A stretch of DNA of 64,000 nt from an uncultured Gemmatimonadales bacterium (GCA_963795085.1 CAWCFX010000001.1:1248001-1312000); one strand, 5' to 3'; shown: positions 9,313 to 18,778, numbered from the stretch's first letter. A program made the numbers and translations. Notes: generated from the letters alone by a model not told the origin.

Positions 9313-11592
9313 TCAAAGCGAGGCCGGGGGCGCGCCCAGGCCGACGACCGTCACCGCAAATACCGGGCAGTGCGCGGCCTGCACCACCCGCTCGGTCACG
9401 CTGCCCACCTCGACGTCGATATTTTCCGGGGCCCCTCTCCCCCGGGTGGCCATCATGATCAGGTCGCATCCTTCCGACTCGGCGACCCGGGCAATGGTCC
9501 GGACCGCCCCGGAACCTTCGACCCGGGTTTCCGCGACGAAGCCGATGTTCCGGAGTGCCTCCGCGACCGAGTCGAGGTAGGTCTTGAGTCGCTGGGTCTC
9601 GCCCTCGGTCTCCGGCACCGTGAGCAGCACCAGGGTGCTGTGGAAGTGGCGCGCGAAGATCCGCGCCCAGGGCAGCACTTCTTCCGACTCCTCCGACCCG
9701 TCAAGGCAGACCAGCAGTTTCGCGAACGCGGTGTGCCGACTGGTCCAGGCGTCGGTCGGCCGGATGAGCAGGACCGGCAGCGCGGTCTGGCGCACCACCG
9801 CCGTCGCGATGTTCCGGCCCAGCAGGTGGTCCACCCGCGACCGGCCATGGGTGGCCATGACAATGATATCGGCGTTCCGCTCCATCCCGTGACGGCCGAT
9901 TTCCTCCGGGATGCGCCCTTGTCGGACTGCGGAGTGCACTTGGAGTCCTCCCTTCGCCAAGCCCGAAGAAACGCTCTCGAGGTAGGCCTCGATGGTGGGG
10001 TGCACCCGGGGCGCATCCCCCGCCTGCCCGGTGCCCGGCGGTCGCCGCACCGAGACCAGGTCAATGCTCCCGGTGACCGTCCGCGCCAGCAGTTCCGCCA
10101 CCGGCAGCGCATGCTCGGCCAGGGCCGAACCGTCCAGCGGGACGATGATGCGCTCGAGGCCGAAGTCGTTCTCCGGGAAATCGTAGCGCTGGAACGGAAG
10201 CAGGTACTGGCCGGAGAAGAACCGGCCCAGGTGGGATTCCAGGGGCTCGGGCGGGCCCAGCCGGCTGCGGAAGCGCCCAAAGACGAAGGCCAGCAGTGGA
10301 ATGAACAGGAGATAGGACCACGCGCCTTCGAAGAACCGCTCCTCGAAAATGATGATGGTCGCGGCCGTCGTCAGGAGAGCCGCGCAGACCGTGCCTGCCA
10401 GGGTCGCGGCGCCCCCGGGTGAGAAGGACCGGCGCAACCCGCGAAGGAGGCGTTTGGCGGCGGCCCACCCGGTCATGCTGAGCAGGATAAAGACGCCCGC
10501 CGCGTAGAGGGCGAGGTAGGTCTCCTCATGGGTTCCGAAGAACAGGAACGCGAGTGATACGATCCCGATCTCCACCCAGACCGGCTTGTCCGCTACGTCG
10601 AACCGGTTGCGGATCCCGAGGGATGCGGGGATATAATGCCGGTAGCGGAGCCCGAGGGCGAGGTTCTGAATGCCCTGCGCGCTCGCGGCGGCCGCGGAGG
10701 CGAGGACCAGGACGCCGATCAGGGTGCCCACCCAGGGCAGGGGAGCCGGGAGCAGCTGGTCCATCGTCTGGGTAAACACCGAGACGTGGAGATTGGACGG
10801 ATCGGCCAGTGCCAGGATGGCCGGCCCCACGACGAGCATGGTGAGGCAGGTCGTGCCCATGATGATGACCAGGCTGCCGAAGGCTTTCCGGCTCCGCTCG
10901 CCGCTGGTGCCGTCATAGGCGGCCACCAGGTTGGCGAAGATCTCGATCCCGGTCATCAGGGCGAGGATCCGGGCGAAGCCGCCCAGCGTGAAATGAAAGT
11001 ACTCCGGGGCGAAGGCCCGGAGGTCGAAGGACGGCAGGTGGAAGCCGCGCTGCCAGATGGTGGCCCCGATCATCGTCCAGAGCAGCAGCAGCACCGCGAA
11101 GGTTGCCGGTCCGAAGGCCCGCGCGGCGGTCCGGGGGCCCCGGTTCACCAGCCAGCCGATGGCCAGGCTGATGAGCACCGCGAGCAGGGTCCGGTACGGC
11201 AGCCCGATGACCGAGGTATTCAGCGCCGGGAGCCGGTCGGCCACGAACGTCACCAGGGCGGCGATGCTGACGAGAAAGGTCAGGGTGTACTCGACGAAGG
11301 TGATCCCCGCATTCACCTTGACCGCCCAGGGGCCGAACTCCTCTTCCGTCAGCCCGCTGCCGCCGCTCCCGTCCACTACCCACCGCATCACCAGGCGGTA
11401 CATCGCCGACACCATGATGACCGTAAAGACGACCAGCCATATGCTGGCGCCGAACGTCACCTCGGCGACGCCGGCCAGCACGATCAGCTTGAGGAAGGGC
11501 CCGAAGACGTAGAGGGGGGAGGTAGCGGGATCGCCGCCGCCGGCCAGCGCGCCCTGGAAAGAGTTCGACAGGCGGTGGGAAACGTGGGCCAT
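9313..11592 (-). CDS. KimA/KUP-like APC-fold transporter fused to two universal stress protein (USP) domains
   Basis: About 12 TMs with 'GDPATSPLY', 'MTGIEIFAN' and 'YAAGVF', then two USP units ('IIVPLDGS...MATHGRS...PVLLIR' and 'LVCLDGS...MATRGR...GSVTERVV...PVF'). Confidence 0.75.
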   Translation of the reverse strand: MAHVSHRLSNSFQGALAGGGDPATSPLYVFGPFLKLIVLAGVAEVTFGASIWLVVFTVIMVSAMYRLVMRWVVDGSGGSGLTEEEFGPWAVKVNAGITFVEYTLTFLVSIAALVTFVADRLPALNTSVIGLPYRTLLAVLISLAIGWLVNRGPRTAARAFGPATFAVLLLLWTMIGATIWQRGFHLPSFDLRAFAPEYFHFTLGGFARILALMTGIEIFANLVAAYDGTSGERSRKAFGSLVIIMGTTCLTMLVVGPAILALADPSNLHVSVFTQTMDQLLPAPLPWVGTLIGVLVLASAAAASAQGIQNLALGLRYRHYIPASLGIRNRFDVADKPVWVEIGIVSLAFLFFGTHEETYLALYAAGVFILLSMTGWAAAKRLLRGLRRSFSPGGAATLAGTVCAALLTTAATIIIFEERFFEGAWSYLLFIPLLAFVFGRFRSRLGPPEPLESHLGRFFSGQYLLPFQRYDFPENDFGLERIIVPLDGSALAEHALPVAELLARTVTGSIDLVSVRRPPGTGQAGDAPRVHPTIEAYLESVSSGLAKGGLQVHSAVRQGRIPEEIGRHGMERNADIIVMATHGRSRVDHLLGRNIATAVVRQTALPVLLIRPTDAWTSRHTAFAKLLVCLDGSEESEEVLPWARIFARHFHSTLVLLTVPETEGETQRLKTYLDSVAEALRNIGFVAETRVEGSGAVRTIARVAESEGCDLIMMATRGRGAPENIDVEVGSVTERVVQAAHCPVFAVTVVGLGAPPASL

Positions 11593-11749
11593 GGCGGGCA
11601 GGATCCGGGTGACGCGCGGGAGGCGGTGCGCGGTGGCACTGCCGGTGCTTACCCCGGTTCACTCCGGGGGCGGGCGGATAATGGGGCCCTTGGCCGCGGA
11701 TCGGAAGCCCCGGCGCCCACCCATGCGGCGGGGCGGCGGGGTGGCCCGC

Positions 11750-11950
11750 TCACTCCCTCCGCTCTTCGCTGTGCAGCACCAGGGTGGCAAACACCGCGAT
11801 GCCACCCAGCACGAGGCCAAGGCCCAGGATCCAGGTGAGCAGGGCAGGGAAGACCATAACGAGCACCCCGCCCAGCATCAGCAGCAGGGCGCCCATCACC
11901 ACGACGACCGGATCACGGTTCCGGATAACGGTATTGATCATGTGGATCAT
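11750..11950 (-). CDS. Small two-TM membrane protein of the asp23 locus
   Basis: 66 aa with two hydrophobic helices and a charged tail. RBS AAAGGA lies directly after the amaP-like stop. Confidence 0.65.
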   Translation of the reverse strand: MIHMINTVIRNRDPVVVVMGALLLMLGGVLVMVFPALLTWILGLGLVLGGIAVFATLVLHSEERRE

Positions 11951-11963
11951 GAGGATTCCTTTC

Positions 11964-12542
11964 TCATCGAAGCAGCCGGGGCACGGTGCCGCTGGCATGG
12001 GCCTGGACGTGGACCGACACGGCTTCCACGGGCCGCCCCAGGAAACCGTTCATCGCGTCGCGGACCCGGTTTTCCACCTGGCGCATGACTTCCGGTGCGT
12101 TCACGTCCAGCTGGGTCACGACCGCGCACGATACCCGGAGCCCGCTGCTCCGGTCACGCACGCTGGACTGGACGTCCAGCGTGCCGGGAATTTCCCGGAT
12201 GGTCCGCGTCAGCAGTTCGCGGATGGCGGAGATGGCCACCGTCAGCCGCCCCGCCGAACCCGATCGGAGCACGATGGACGGCGGCTGCCGCGCCAGGGTG
12301 GCGGCCTCCAGCCAGAGCAGCACCGGGGCTCCCAGGGCGACCACGAGGGCCGCACCCACCAGCACCGCCCGCCACCCGGTGGACAGCAGCGGCACCTGCC
12401 ACAGGCCGTCCTGGACCCAGGTCCCGAGCCAGGTGACGTACCCCGGGGAGACGAGCCCGGCGCTCACCACGAGCAGGACTACCGCCCCGAGGAAGAGGGC
12501 CAGCAGCACCACGAACGCGAGGACACGGTTGAAGGCGTTCAT
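11964..12542 (-). CDS. amaP: Alkaline shock response membrane anchor protein, AmaP-like
   Basis: 'MNAFNRVL' with two N-terminal TMs and an Asp23-like soluble domain ('GRLTVAISAIRELL...V..V.V'). Adjacent to an Asp23 gene; RBS AAAGGAG. Confidence 0.7.
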   Translation of the reverse strand: MNAFNRVLAFVVLLALFLGAVVLLVVSAGLVSPGYVTWLGTWVQDGLWQVPLLSTGWRAVLVGAALVVALGAPVLLWLEAATLARQPPSIVLRSGSAGRLTVAISAIRELLTRTIREIPGTLDVQSSVRDRSSGLRVSCAVVTQLDVNAPEVMRQVENRVRDAMNGFLGRPVEAVSVHVQAHASGTVPRLLR

Positions 12543-12572
12543 GGGGCTCCTTTCCGGCCATCGCGGGCCATG

Positions 12573-13028
12573 CTATTCCACCCGCGAGGGGCGTTGCCGC
12601 GCGGCCTCGTCCTCGGGAAAGAAGAGATCGCTCACCTCGATGTTGACTTCCTTCACCACCAGACCGGTCATGCCCTGGACCCGCTCGATGATATTGGAGC
12701 GCACGGCGTCGCCCAGCTGGGCGATGTTCACCCCGTAATCCACTTCCAACGCGAGGTCCACGGCGGTTTCCCGCTTGCCGACCTCGACTGAGACGCCGCG
12801 TCCGCGGGTATCGCTGCCCATGACCCGCTGGGCCAGTCCCGCCACCCGGGCACCCACCCCGCCGGCCACCATGCCATGGACACCGGGGATTTCCCGGGCC
12901 GCGATGGCGGCGATCTTGGCCACCACCGTGTCCGTAATGGTGGTCGCGCCCTTGTCACTGACCAGCCCGGGCGACTGCAGCCGGGTCTTGTTCTCCGGCC
13001 GTGTCATCGTATTCGTTGAGTCAACCAT
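12573..13028 (-). CDS. Asp23/Gls24 family envelope stress response protein
   Basis: 'GATTITDTVVAKIAAIAAREIPGV', 'GVSVEVG...AVDLALEVDYG' and 'MTGLVVKEVNIEVSD'. RBS AAAGGAG. Confidence 0.9.
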   Translation of the reverse strand: MVDSTNTMTRPENKTRLQSPGLVSDKGATTITDTVVAKIAAIAAREIPGVHGMVAGGVGARVAGLAQRVMGSDTRGRGVSVEVGKRETAVDLALEVDYGVNIAQLGDAVRSNIIERVQGMTGLVVKEVNIEVSDLFFPEDEAARQRPSRVE

Positions 13029-13067
13029 GATTTTCTGGTCTCCTTTCAAGAGATATAGGTCCTGCCG

Positions 13068-15788
13068 TTACCAGCCCCACTGGGCGCCGAGCAGCAGGCG
13101 ATTCAGGTCGAAGAGGTCAATGCCCTGATGCTCCAGGAAAATCCGGGGCTGACCCATCCACTCGGTGCCGGACCAGGTGCCGAAATCGGCACTGAAGCCA
13201 TACGCGAAGTTGAGCACGCCTTCGGTGCCGCCGGCGCCGCCGGCCGTCTCCGAGAACGTGATGATGCCGAGTCCCAGCCGGGTCACCGGCACCAGCGTGA
13301 CACTTCTGCTCAGGGCCAGTGAGGGCAGCCGGTATTCCACGTTGAGTGCCGCCATGAGGGAGGTGGTGCCGCCCCCAAAGCCGAAGGCCAGTTCCGGAAC
13401 GACATGCACCGGGACCTTGCGGCTGGCCTGGCCGAGGTCCACGCGGCCCCCCAGGATCCACTGTTTCGGACGCTCCAGGCCGAACCCGGTATACGCCGAG
13501 GGCGACTGGATAGTCCGCGCGACAGAGGAACGTCGCGGCACCTCCACCACGGTTACCCGGGTGGAATCCGTGCCCTCCTGTCCGGGCTGGACCACCACCA
13601 CCTGGGGGTCAGCCGGCGAAATGATCTGCTGCGGGGTCCGGTTGTCGAGCTCCGCCATCCGGCGGCGGACCTCCAACTCGACCCGGTCGTCGATCATGGC
13701 CTCCAGCCGCCGTTCATCGAGCGCGGGCTGGGCCGGCGCCGGCGTCACCGCGGGGGTGGCCTGGCGCTGCTGCTGGAGCAGGAACTGCTGCTGCTGCAGG
13801 TCTCGCTGCGCCTGCCGCTCCAGCATCGTGTCGATCCGGGCCTGCAACCGGCCGCTGAGCGCCGCGAACTGGGCTTCGGTCAGGGCGGCCGAGCCGGTGG
13901 TATCCCGGCGCGGGGCAGGAGCGCGCTCCAGCTCGGAACGGATCAGGCGCTGGATGCCGGCGGAATCGATCCCGGGCCGGCGCTGGGCCAGCGTATCAAT
14001 GCGGGCCAGCAGCGCCCGGTACATGAGTGCGCTGGAATCGGGGCCGGCTGCCGGGGCCGCCTGCACCCTTGCCTGGACCCGCAGGGAATCGAGTTCCCGG
14101 CGCTGCTGCACCAGGCTGTCCATCCGGGCCATGAGGGCCTGGAGCAGGCTGGAATCAGGGTTGGCACGCTGGGCGCCGGCCAATGCGGCTCTCAGTGAGT
14201 CCGACCGCAGGCGCAGTACGACCGAGTCGGTCGGGGACTCCACGGCCGGCCCCTTGGACGCCGCAAGCATTTCGTCACGGAGAATGCTGCGCAGTTCCTG
14301 CCGCAACGTTTCCCGGTTGATGGGCGCCGGCTCCCGCTCCCGCACCATGCCCGCGGCTATACCTCCTTCGGGCCTCGGAGTGCCGTACCGGATATAGATC
14401 TCGCCCTCCGAGGGGATCGGGATAGTGGCCGACTTGGCGGAGACGAACCCGCTGGCCAGGGTGTCCCGGATGAGGTCGCGCGTTTCCAGTCGGGGCGCCG
14501 CTTTGGCGGCCACGGCCGGACGCGGCTGGGCAGTGTCCGCTGCCACGGGCGCCGGTGCCTCGGCGACGGGCCGGACGGTCGGTGTCGGCGCCGACCGGCT
14601 GTTGCCGATGGCGTAACTGACGCCGGCGCTCAACATGAGGTTGTGGGTAATGTCGTCGGTGCTGCTCACCTGTCCGGCATTCATCTGGCCGAGGATGTAG
14701 TCGCGGGCGGTGAGGTTCAGCCGCAGCTGCTCGGTGAGCCGGAGGCCGACGCCGCCCCCGATGCTCAGGAAGGTCTCGTCGGCCGGCCAGACGCCGTTCG
14801 CGTCACGGTAGGCGCCCAGGAAATTGAGGCGGCCCGCCCCGGCCACGAGGAACGGCGCGAGGCCATTGCCCGTGTTCAGGTTGAACTGGGCCTCGCCGCC
14901 ATACCCGGCGATCGGGTCGGTGTCGCCGAACCCTGAGGTGGCGCCTCTCCAATAGAACCCCCGCACCCCGACGAAGGGGCCGAAGTCCACGCCGGCCCGG
15001 AGGCCGACCAGCGCCTGGTCCGAAAAGGCGTCGTTGGAGAACTTGAGCTCGCCCGCATAGGGCTCCACCCGGACCGCAGCGAACGACCAGTCGGAAGACC
15101 GCGCCGCCGAGGCGGAGTAGTTTCTCCCCCCGAGCGCGTAGCCCAGTCCCACGCTAATCGCGAGGTTGTCGCGCTGATCCCGTGCCTCGGCATCGGTAGG
15201 ATACGTTCCGCTGAGCCCGCCGGGCGCGAGCAGGTATCGGTCCATCCGGAACCGAACGTCCTGCACCATCAGTTCCGCTCGGAGCCGGTCCGTCACGTCC
15301 ATGCGGATACCGCCGCCCAGCGCCAGGGTGACCTGGCTGGTCCGGGCTCCCTCGTCCGGATCAAAGCGGAGGACCCCACCGCCTACCTGGAGGAAGGGAA
15401 CCAGCCGGCTGTGGCCAAACGCGTAGTCCAGGGTGGCCCCGTACCGCAGCAGGTCCACGCCCTGGTTTCCGACCTGGTTTCCGCTGGTGTCCTGCAACCC
15501 GGTGCGGTTCAATTCGGTCTCGATCCCCGAGCGGGCAAACCCGAAGCCCCGAAGCGAGAGCCCGCTCCCGAAGTCGAGCGCGACGCCGATTCCCGGCAGG
15601 GTGGCATCGGCCATGCCGAGGTCATCGTGCCAGAGGATGTGCTGTACGGATGGCGTCAGGGTGGAGCGCACGCCCTGGGCGGCGAGGGGCGACGCCAGCA
15701 CAACGCTGGCGGCGACCGCCAGCCACGCTGGCATTCGGCGGGCACTCCTCCGGTGTCTGCGACGGAAAACAGAACTGGACATAGGCAC
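13068..15788 (-). CDS. Large outer-membrane protein: two N-terminal beta-barrels, coiled-coil/low-complexity middle, C-terminal beta-barrel
   Basis: Signal peptide ending LAA-Q and amphipathic beta-strand motifs ('PFLQVGGG', 'PFLVAGAG', 'LSAGVSYAIG'). Helical Q/R/E-rich middle and terminal 'LLLGAQWGW'. The start may be 15782 or 15734. Confidence 0.7.
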   Translation of the reverse strand: MPMSSSVFRRRHRRSARRMPAWLAVAASVVLASPLAAQGVRSTLTPSVQHILWHDDLGMADATLPGIGVALDFGSGLSLRGFGFARSGIETELNRTGLQDTSGNQVGNQGVDLLRYGATLDYAFGHSRLVPFLQVGGGVLRFDPDEGARTSQVTLALGGGIRMDVTDRLRAELMVQDVRFRMDRYLLAPGGLSGTYPTDAEARDQRDNLAISVGLGYALGGRNYSASAARSSDWSFAAVRVEPYAGELKFSNDAFSDQALVGLRAGVDFGPFVGVRGFYWRGATSGFGDTDPIAGYGGEAQFNLNTGNGLAPFLVAGAGRLNFLGAYRDANGVWPADETFLSIGGGVGLRLTEQLRLNLTARDYILGQMNAGQVSSTDDITHNLMLSAGVSYAIGNSRSAPTPTVRPVAEAPAPVAADTAQPRPAVAAKAAPRLETRDLIRDTLASGFVSAKSATIPIPSEGEIYIRYGTPRPEGGIAAGMVREREPAPINRETLRQELRSILRDEMLAASKGPAVESPTDSVVLRLRSDSLRAALAGAQRANPDSSLLQALMARMDSLVQQRRELDSLRVQARVQAAPAAGPDSSALMYRALLARIDTLAQRRPGIDSAGIQRLIRSELERAPAPRRDTTGSAALTEAQFAALSGRLQARIDTMLERQAQRDLQQQQFLLQQQRQATPAVTPAPAQPALDERRLEAMIDDRVELEVRRRMAELDNRTPQQIISPADPQVVVVQPGQEGTDSTRVTVVEVPRRSSVARTIQSPSAYTGFGLERPKQWILGGRVDLGQASRKVPVHVVPELAFGFGGGTTSLMAALNVEYRLPSLALSRSVTLVPVTRLGLGIITFSETAGGAGGTEGVLNFAYGFSADFGTWSGTEWMGQPRIFLEHQGIDLFDLNRLLLGAQWGW

Positions 15789-16102
15789 TCCCTGTTAGAG
15801 GGAGAGCGCAGGCTGTCTCGCGGAACCGTTCGGTCAGACTCCCGGTATGAGACGTGACGGGAAAGCCCAGAGGCAAGAAAACCCAGAACGGATCTGACAG
15901 CACAACGCTCTCGCGTGATGAGCGAGACATTGGCTATCACCGCACCAGGTTTCAGGGCGCTGTATTGCGCCGGCTGGATCACTCTGCCGGGCATTGGAGC
16001 CCGGCGATGCCCCGAAGGGGCTGGAGATCACGGAGGGTGTACCGGCCGGCGCAAGGAAGTTCGCGTTGCGGCCTTGACAGGGAGTATAATCGGGTGGGGC
16101 GA

Positions 16103-16447
16103 TTACCGCAAGTGCTTGTTGCTCAAAGAGTTATCGTTCACGGTATCTTCACGGTTCCGCCGCCGCCTCGCCACCGCCATGGCGGCTAGCGTTCCCCCCA
16201 TGGCCAGCCCGGTCAACAGCAGCGGAATGAGCGGCGAAGCCCTCCGCTGGAAGAACGCGGCCATGCCCTCCATCAGCGACAGCCCACTGAACGCGATCAG
16301 GGCCAGGACGCTGCCCGAAACGGCGAACATGAAGGCCTCGAAGACCGTGACCATGCCCCGGTGGGCCGGGCCGGTCAACCGCAGGGTAGCCAGGCCGGCC
16401 AGTCCTCCGGCGATGCCGGCGATCCAGGCGGCGGCGGTGAAGCTCAT
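16103..16447 (-). CDS. Small hypothetical membrane protein (3 TMs)
   Basis: ATGA overlap with the carbonic anhydrase stop. Three hydrophobic segments and a basic C-terminus. Confidence 0.5.
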   Translation of the reverse strand: MSFTAAAWIAGIAGGLAGLATLRLTGPAHRGMVTVFEAFMFAVSGSVLALIAFSGLSLMEGMAAFFQRRASPLIPLLLTGLAMGGTLAAMAVARRRRNREDTVNDNSLSNKHLR

Positions 16448-17061
16448 AACCCGTCGAAAAAATCGACGCGGCCTGTTTCCAGCGAGTACTCGGCGCCCGC
16501 CACGAGGAGTCCCTGGTCGGCGATCAGCTGTTCCAGCAGGCGGGAGCCATGGCGCAGGTGGTCCACCGAGGCGCGGATGTTGGCGCGGACCGCCTGGTTG
16601 ACCAGCGCCGGGACATCGTGGCGCAGGTCGGTGGCGAGGAGGCCCTCCACCGAAGGCCGCACCCGGTCCACGATGGAGCGGATGTTCCGGGAGTGCTCGC
16701 CGCCCGGGTTGCGGAGGTCGTCGAGCGTCGCCTGGATGGCTCCGCACTGGGAATGCCCCAGCACCACCACCAGCCGGGTGCCGAAGCGGTCGGCGGCGAA
16801 TTCCACGCTGCCGACCTGGGACGGGGCCACGATATTTCCCGCGACCCGGATGACGAAGAGGTCGCCCAGCCCCTGGTCAAAGACGATCTCGGCGGGCACC
16901 CGTGAGTCGGAGCAGCCCAGGATGATGGCGAAGGGTTCCTGGGCCGCCGCCAGCTCCGCGAGGCGGGTCCGGCTGACAAAGGTGTCGGACCCGCGGATGT
17001 TGGCGGCGAAACGGGCGTTGCCCTCCTGCAGCCGGGCCAGGGCTTCCCGGGCCGGGATCAC
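16444..17061 (-). CDS. Beta-class carbonic anhydrase
   Basis: 'LGCSDSRV', 'GDLFVIRVAGN' and 'LGHSQCGA' zinc motifs. Confidence 0.95.
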   Translation of the reverse strand: MIPAREALARLQEGNARFAANIRGSDTFVSRTRLAELAAAQEPFAIILGCSDSRVPAEIVFDQGLGDLFVIRVAGNIVAPSQVGSVEFAADRFGTRLVVVLGHSQCGAIQATLDDLRNPGGEHSRNIRSIVDRVRPSVEGLLATDLRHDVPALVNQAVRANIRASVDHLRHGSRLLEQLIADQGLLVAGAEYSLETGRVDFFDGL

Positions 17062-17071
17062 GCCGCGATCC

Positions 17072-17548
17072 TCACGGCGCGGGGGACGGTGCGTCGTTCC
17101 ACGTGTCCACCACGTTGCGCCAGGTGCCGCCCGCGTCTTTCCGCCAGACGGTCACCGCCTTGCCGTGCATGGTCAAGGGCTGGCCCGCCGAATCGTTCAC
17201 CGTCACGACATTCCGCTCCAGCATGTAGGCGAGGTCCCCGCTTTCCGCGACATGGACGCTCTCCGGCTCCCACCGGATCTGGAAGCCGGGCACCTGCTGG
17301 GAACCCTCCACGTACTCCCGGATGGCCGCCCGCCCGCGGAGCGCGGGGCCCCCGGGGGGGAGCAATACGGCGTCCTCCGCCCAGTAGGTCATGATGCTGT
17401 CCAGGTCGCCGGTCGCCGCGAGGGCGGACCAGTCCCGGCTGCGCTGCATCAGGAGGGCGCCCTCGGCGTCCCGGTCCACCGTCGGGCCGGCGCAGGATAT
17501 GACCAGCAGTGACAATAACAGGCAGGCTCTTCCTGCGAGGCGGTTCAT
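17072..17548 (-). CDS. NTF2-like/DUF4440 (YybH-like) lipoprotein
   Basis: Lipobox-like VISC, 'YWAEDAVLLPPG', 'SGDLAY' and 'GKAVTVWRK...WRNVVDTWN'. Confidence 0.8.
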   Translation of the reverse strand: MNRLAGRACLLLSLLVISCAGPTVDRDAEGALLMQRSRDWSALAATGDLDSIMTYWAEDAVLLPPGGPALRGRAAIREYVEGSQQVPGFQIRWEPESVHVAESGDLAYMLERNVVTVNDSAGQPLTMHGKAVTVWRKDAGGTWRNVVDTWNDAPSPAP

Positions 17549-17684
17549 GAGCAGCTCCCGACAACGGATAACGCGGCGCGGGCCCGGATGCCCCGGGCCC
17601 GGCGGCGATGGGATCGGACGGAGGTGCAATTATAACCGCGGCCCGAGGATCGAGAAACCGCGTCGGCGGAGCCCGTGGAGCCGC

Positions 17685-18680
17685 TCAGTGCAGGCGCGGC
17701 CCGACCCCCGCGCCCAGGATAAGTCCAAATTGGTGCTGGCCGCTGCTGCTCTGGAACCAGAACGTCCGGCTGAGCAGCGTGACCGAAATACGCTCGCTCG
17801 CAAAGATCTCGCTTCCGGCGCCGACATGGACACCGGCGCGGAGCCCCGCGTCGGGCCCGTCCAGGAACCCCGGCAGGAAGGGTCCCAGCGCGATGTACGG
17901 CCGGCCCCACCGGGGCGTCGCCGCCAGTTCCGCCGCCGGGATCATGAGATAGGCGGTGGTCGCCTCGGGCGAGGTTCCCGGGCCGGCTGTGGCCGCCTCC
18001 AGCCCCACGGCGGCAATATCCACCGAGAGGGAAGAGTGGGCGCTCTTATCCCGCCGGAGCCGGACGCCCGCTACTGCGGAGGAGGCGACGTAGGGGCCGT
18101 TGCCCAGCCGGCTGAGGCTGCCGACGAACGGGGCCACGACGCCTGGCTTGCCTTCCGATGGCCGGAGGGTGCCCATCCCGACGTGCATGCCGGCGCGATA
18201 CTCCACGTTGCGGATCTGGTCGTCACTGCGCAGCCTGGCCTCCACTGATGCCGATACCCGGTCGGAGAGCCCGGCGCGAAGTCCGAACCCGGCGATGAAA
18301 CCGAACCCCCATTCCGTCGTGGACGGCGCCAGCAGGCCGGGCGCCGTGGTATAGCGGAACGCCGCGATGCCGGTCTGGACATAAGGCGCGATTCCGGAGG
18401 CACCCACCGGGTACCAGTTGCTCTCGAGGGCCAGGGCAAGGGCACCCTCCCCGTTGCCGAACCGCGCGCCCGGCCAGCGGGTCGCGGTCAGCGCGATTTC
18501 GTTTTCGCTCTGGGAGAGATATCCCAGCTGCAGGCCGTAGCCCGAGGACGAACGGTCTCCCGAAGCCTCGGACTGGAAGACGCTGCCGACCACTCCCAGC
18601 CGCAGCGTCCGCTGCGCTTCCGCGGCGGTGCCGGGCACCGCGATCAGGACGCTCAGGATACAGGTCAAAGGCCGACGCAT
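17685..18680 (-). CDS. Outer-membrane protein with two tandem small beta-barrels
   Basis: Signal peptide (AEA-Q) and two repeats of the 'PY.x.G...G...GAG' strand pattern ('IAPYVQTGI', 'GRPYIALG'). Start ATG 18680. Confidence 0.6.
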   Translation of the reverse strand: MRRPLTCILSVLIAVPGTAAEAQRTLRLGVVGSVFQSEASGDRSSSGYGLQLGYLSQSENEIALTATRWPGARFGNGEGALALALESNWYPVGASGIAPYVQTGIAAFRYTTAPGLLAPSTTEWGFGFIAGFGLRAGLSDRVSASVEARLRSDDQIRNVEYRAGMHVGMGTLRPSEGKPGVVAPFVGSLSRLGNGPYVASSAVAGVRLRRDKSAHSSLSVDIAAVGLEAATAGPGTSPEATTAYLMIPAAELAATPRWGRPYIALGPFLPGFLDGPDAGLRAGVHVGAGSEIFASERISVTLLSRTFWFQSSSGQHQFGLILGAGVGPRLH

Positions 18681-18778
18681 GGCCACGCTCCGGGATGCAG
18701 GTGAAGTCAGGTCGTTGGGGACGTGACATTCACTAGCAGGGTATGTGCCGTGGACGGGAGCGAAAAACCTGCGGGTAT

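Noticed and set aside
16074..16090. Perfect TTGACA and TATAAT hexamers
   Set aside because: They are only 5 bp apart (about 17 are needed) and point into the 3' end of an opposite-strand gene.
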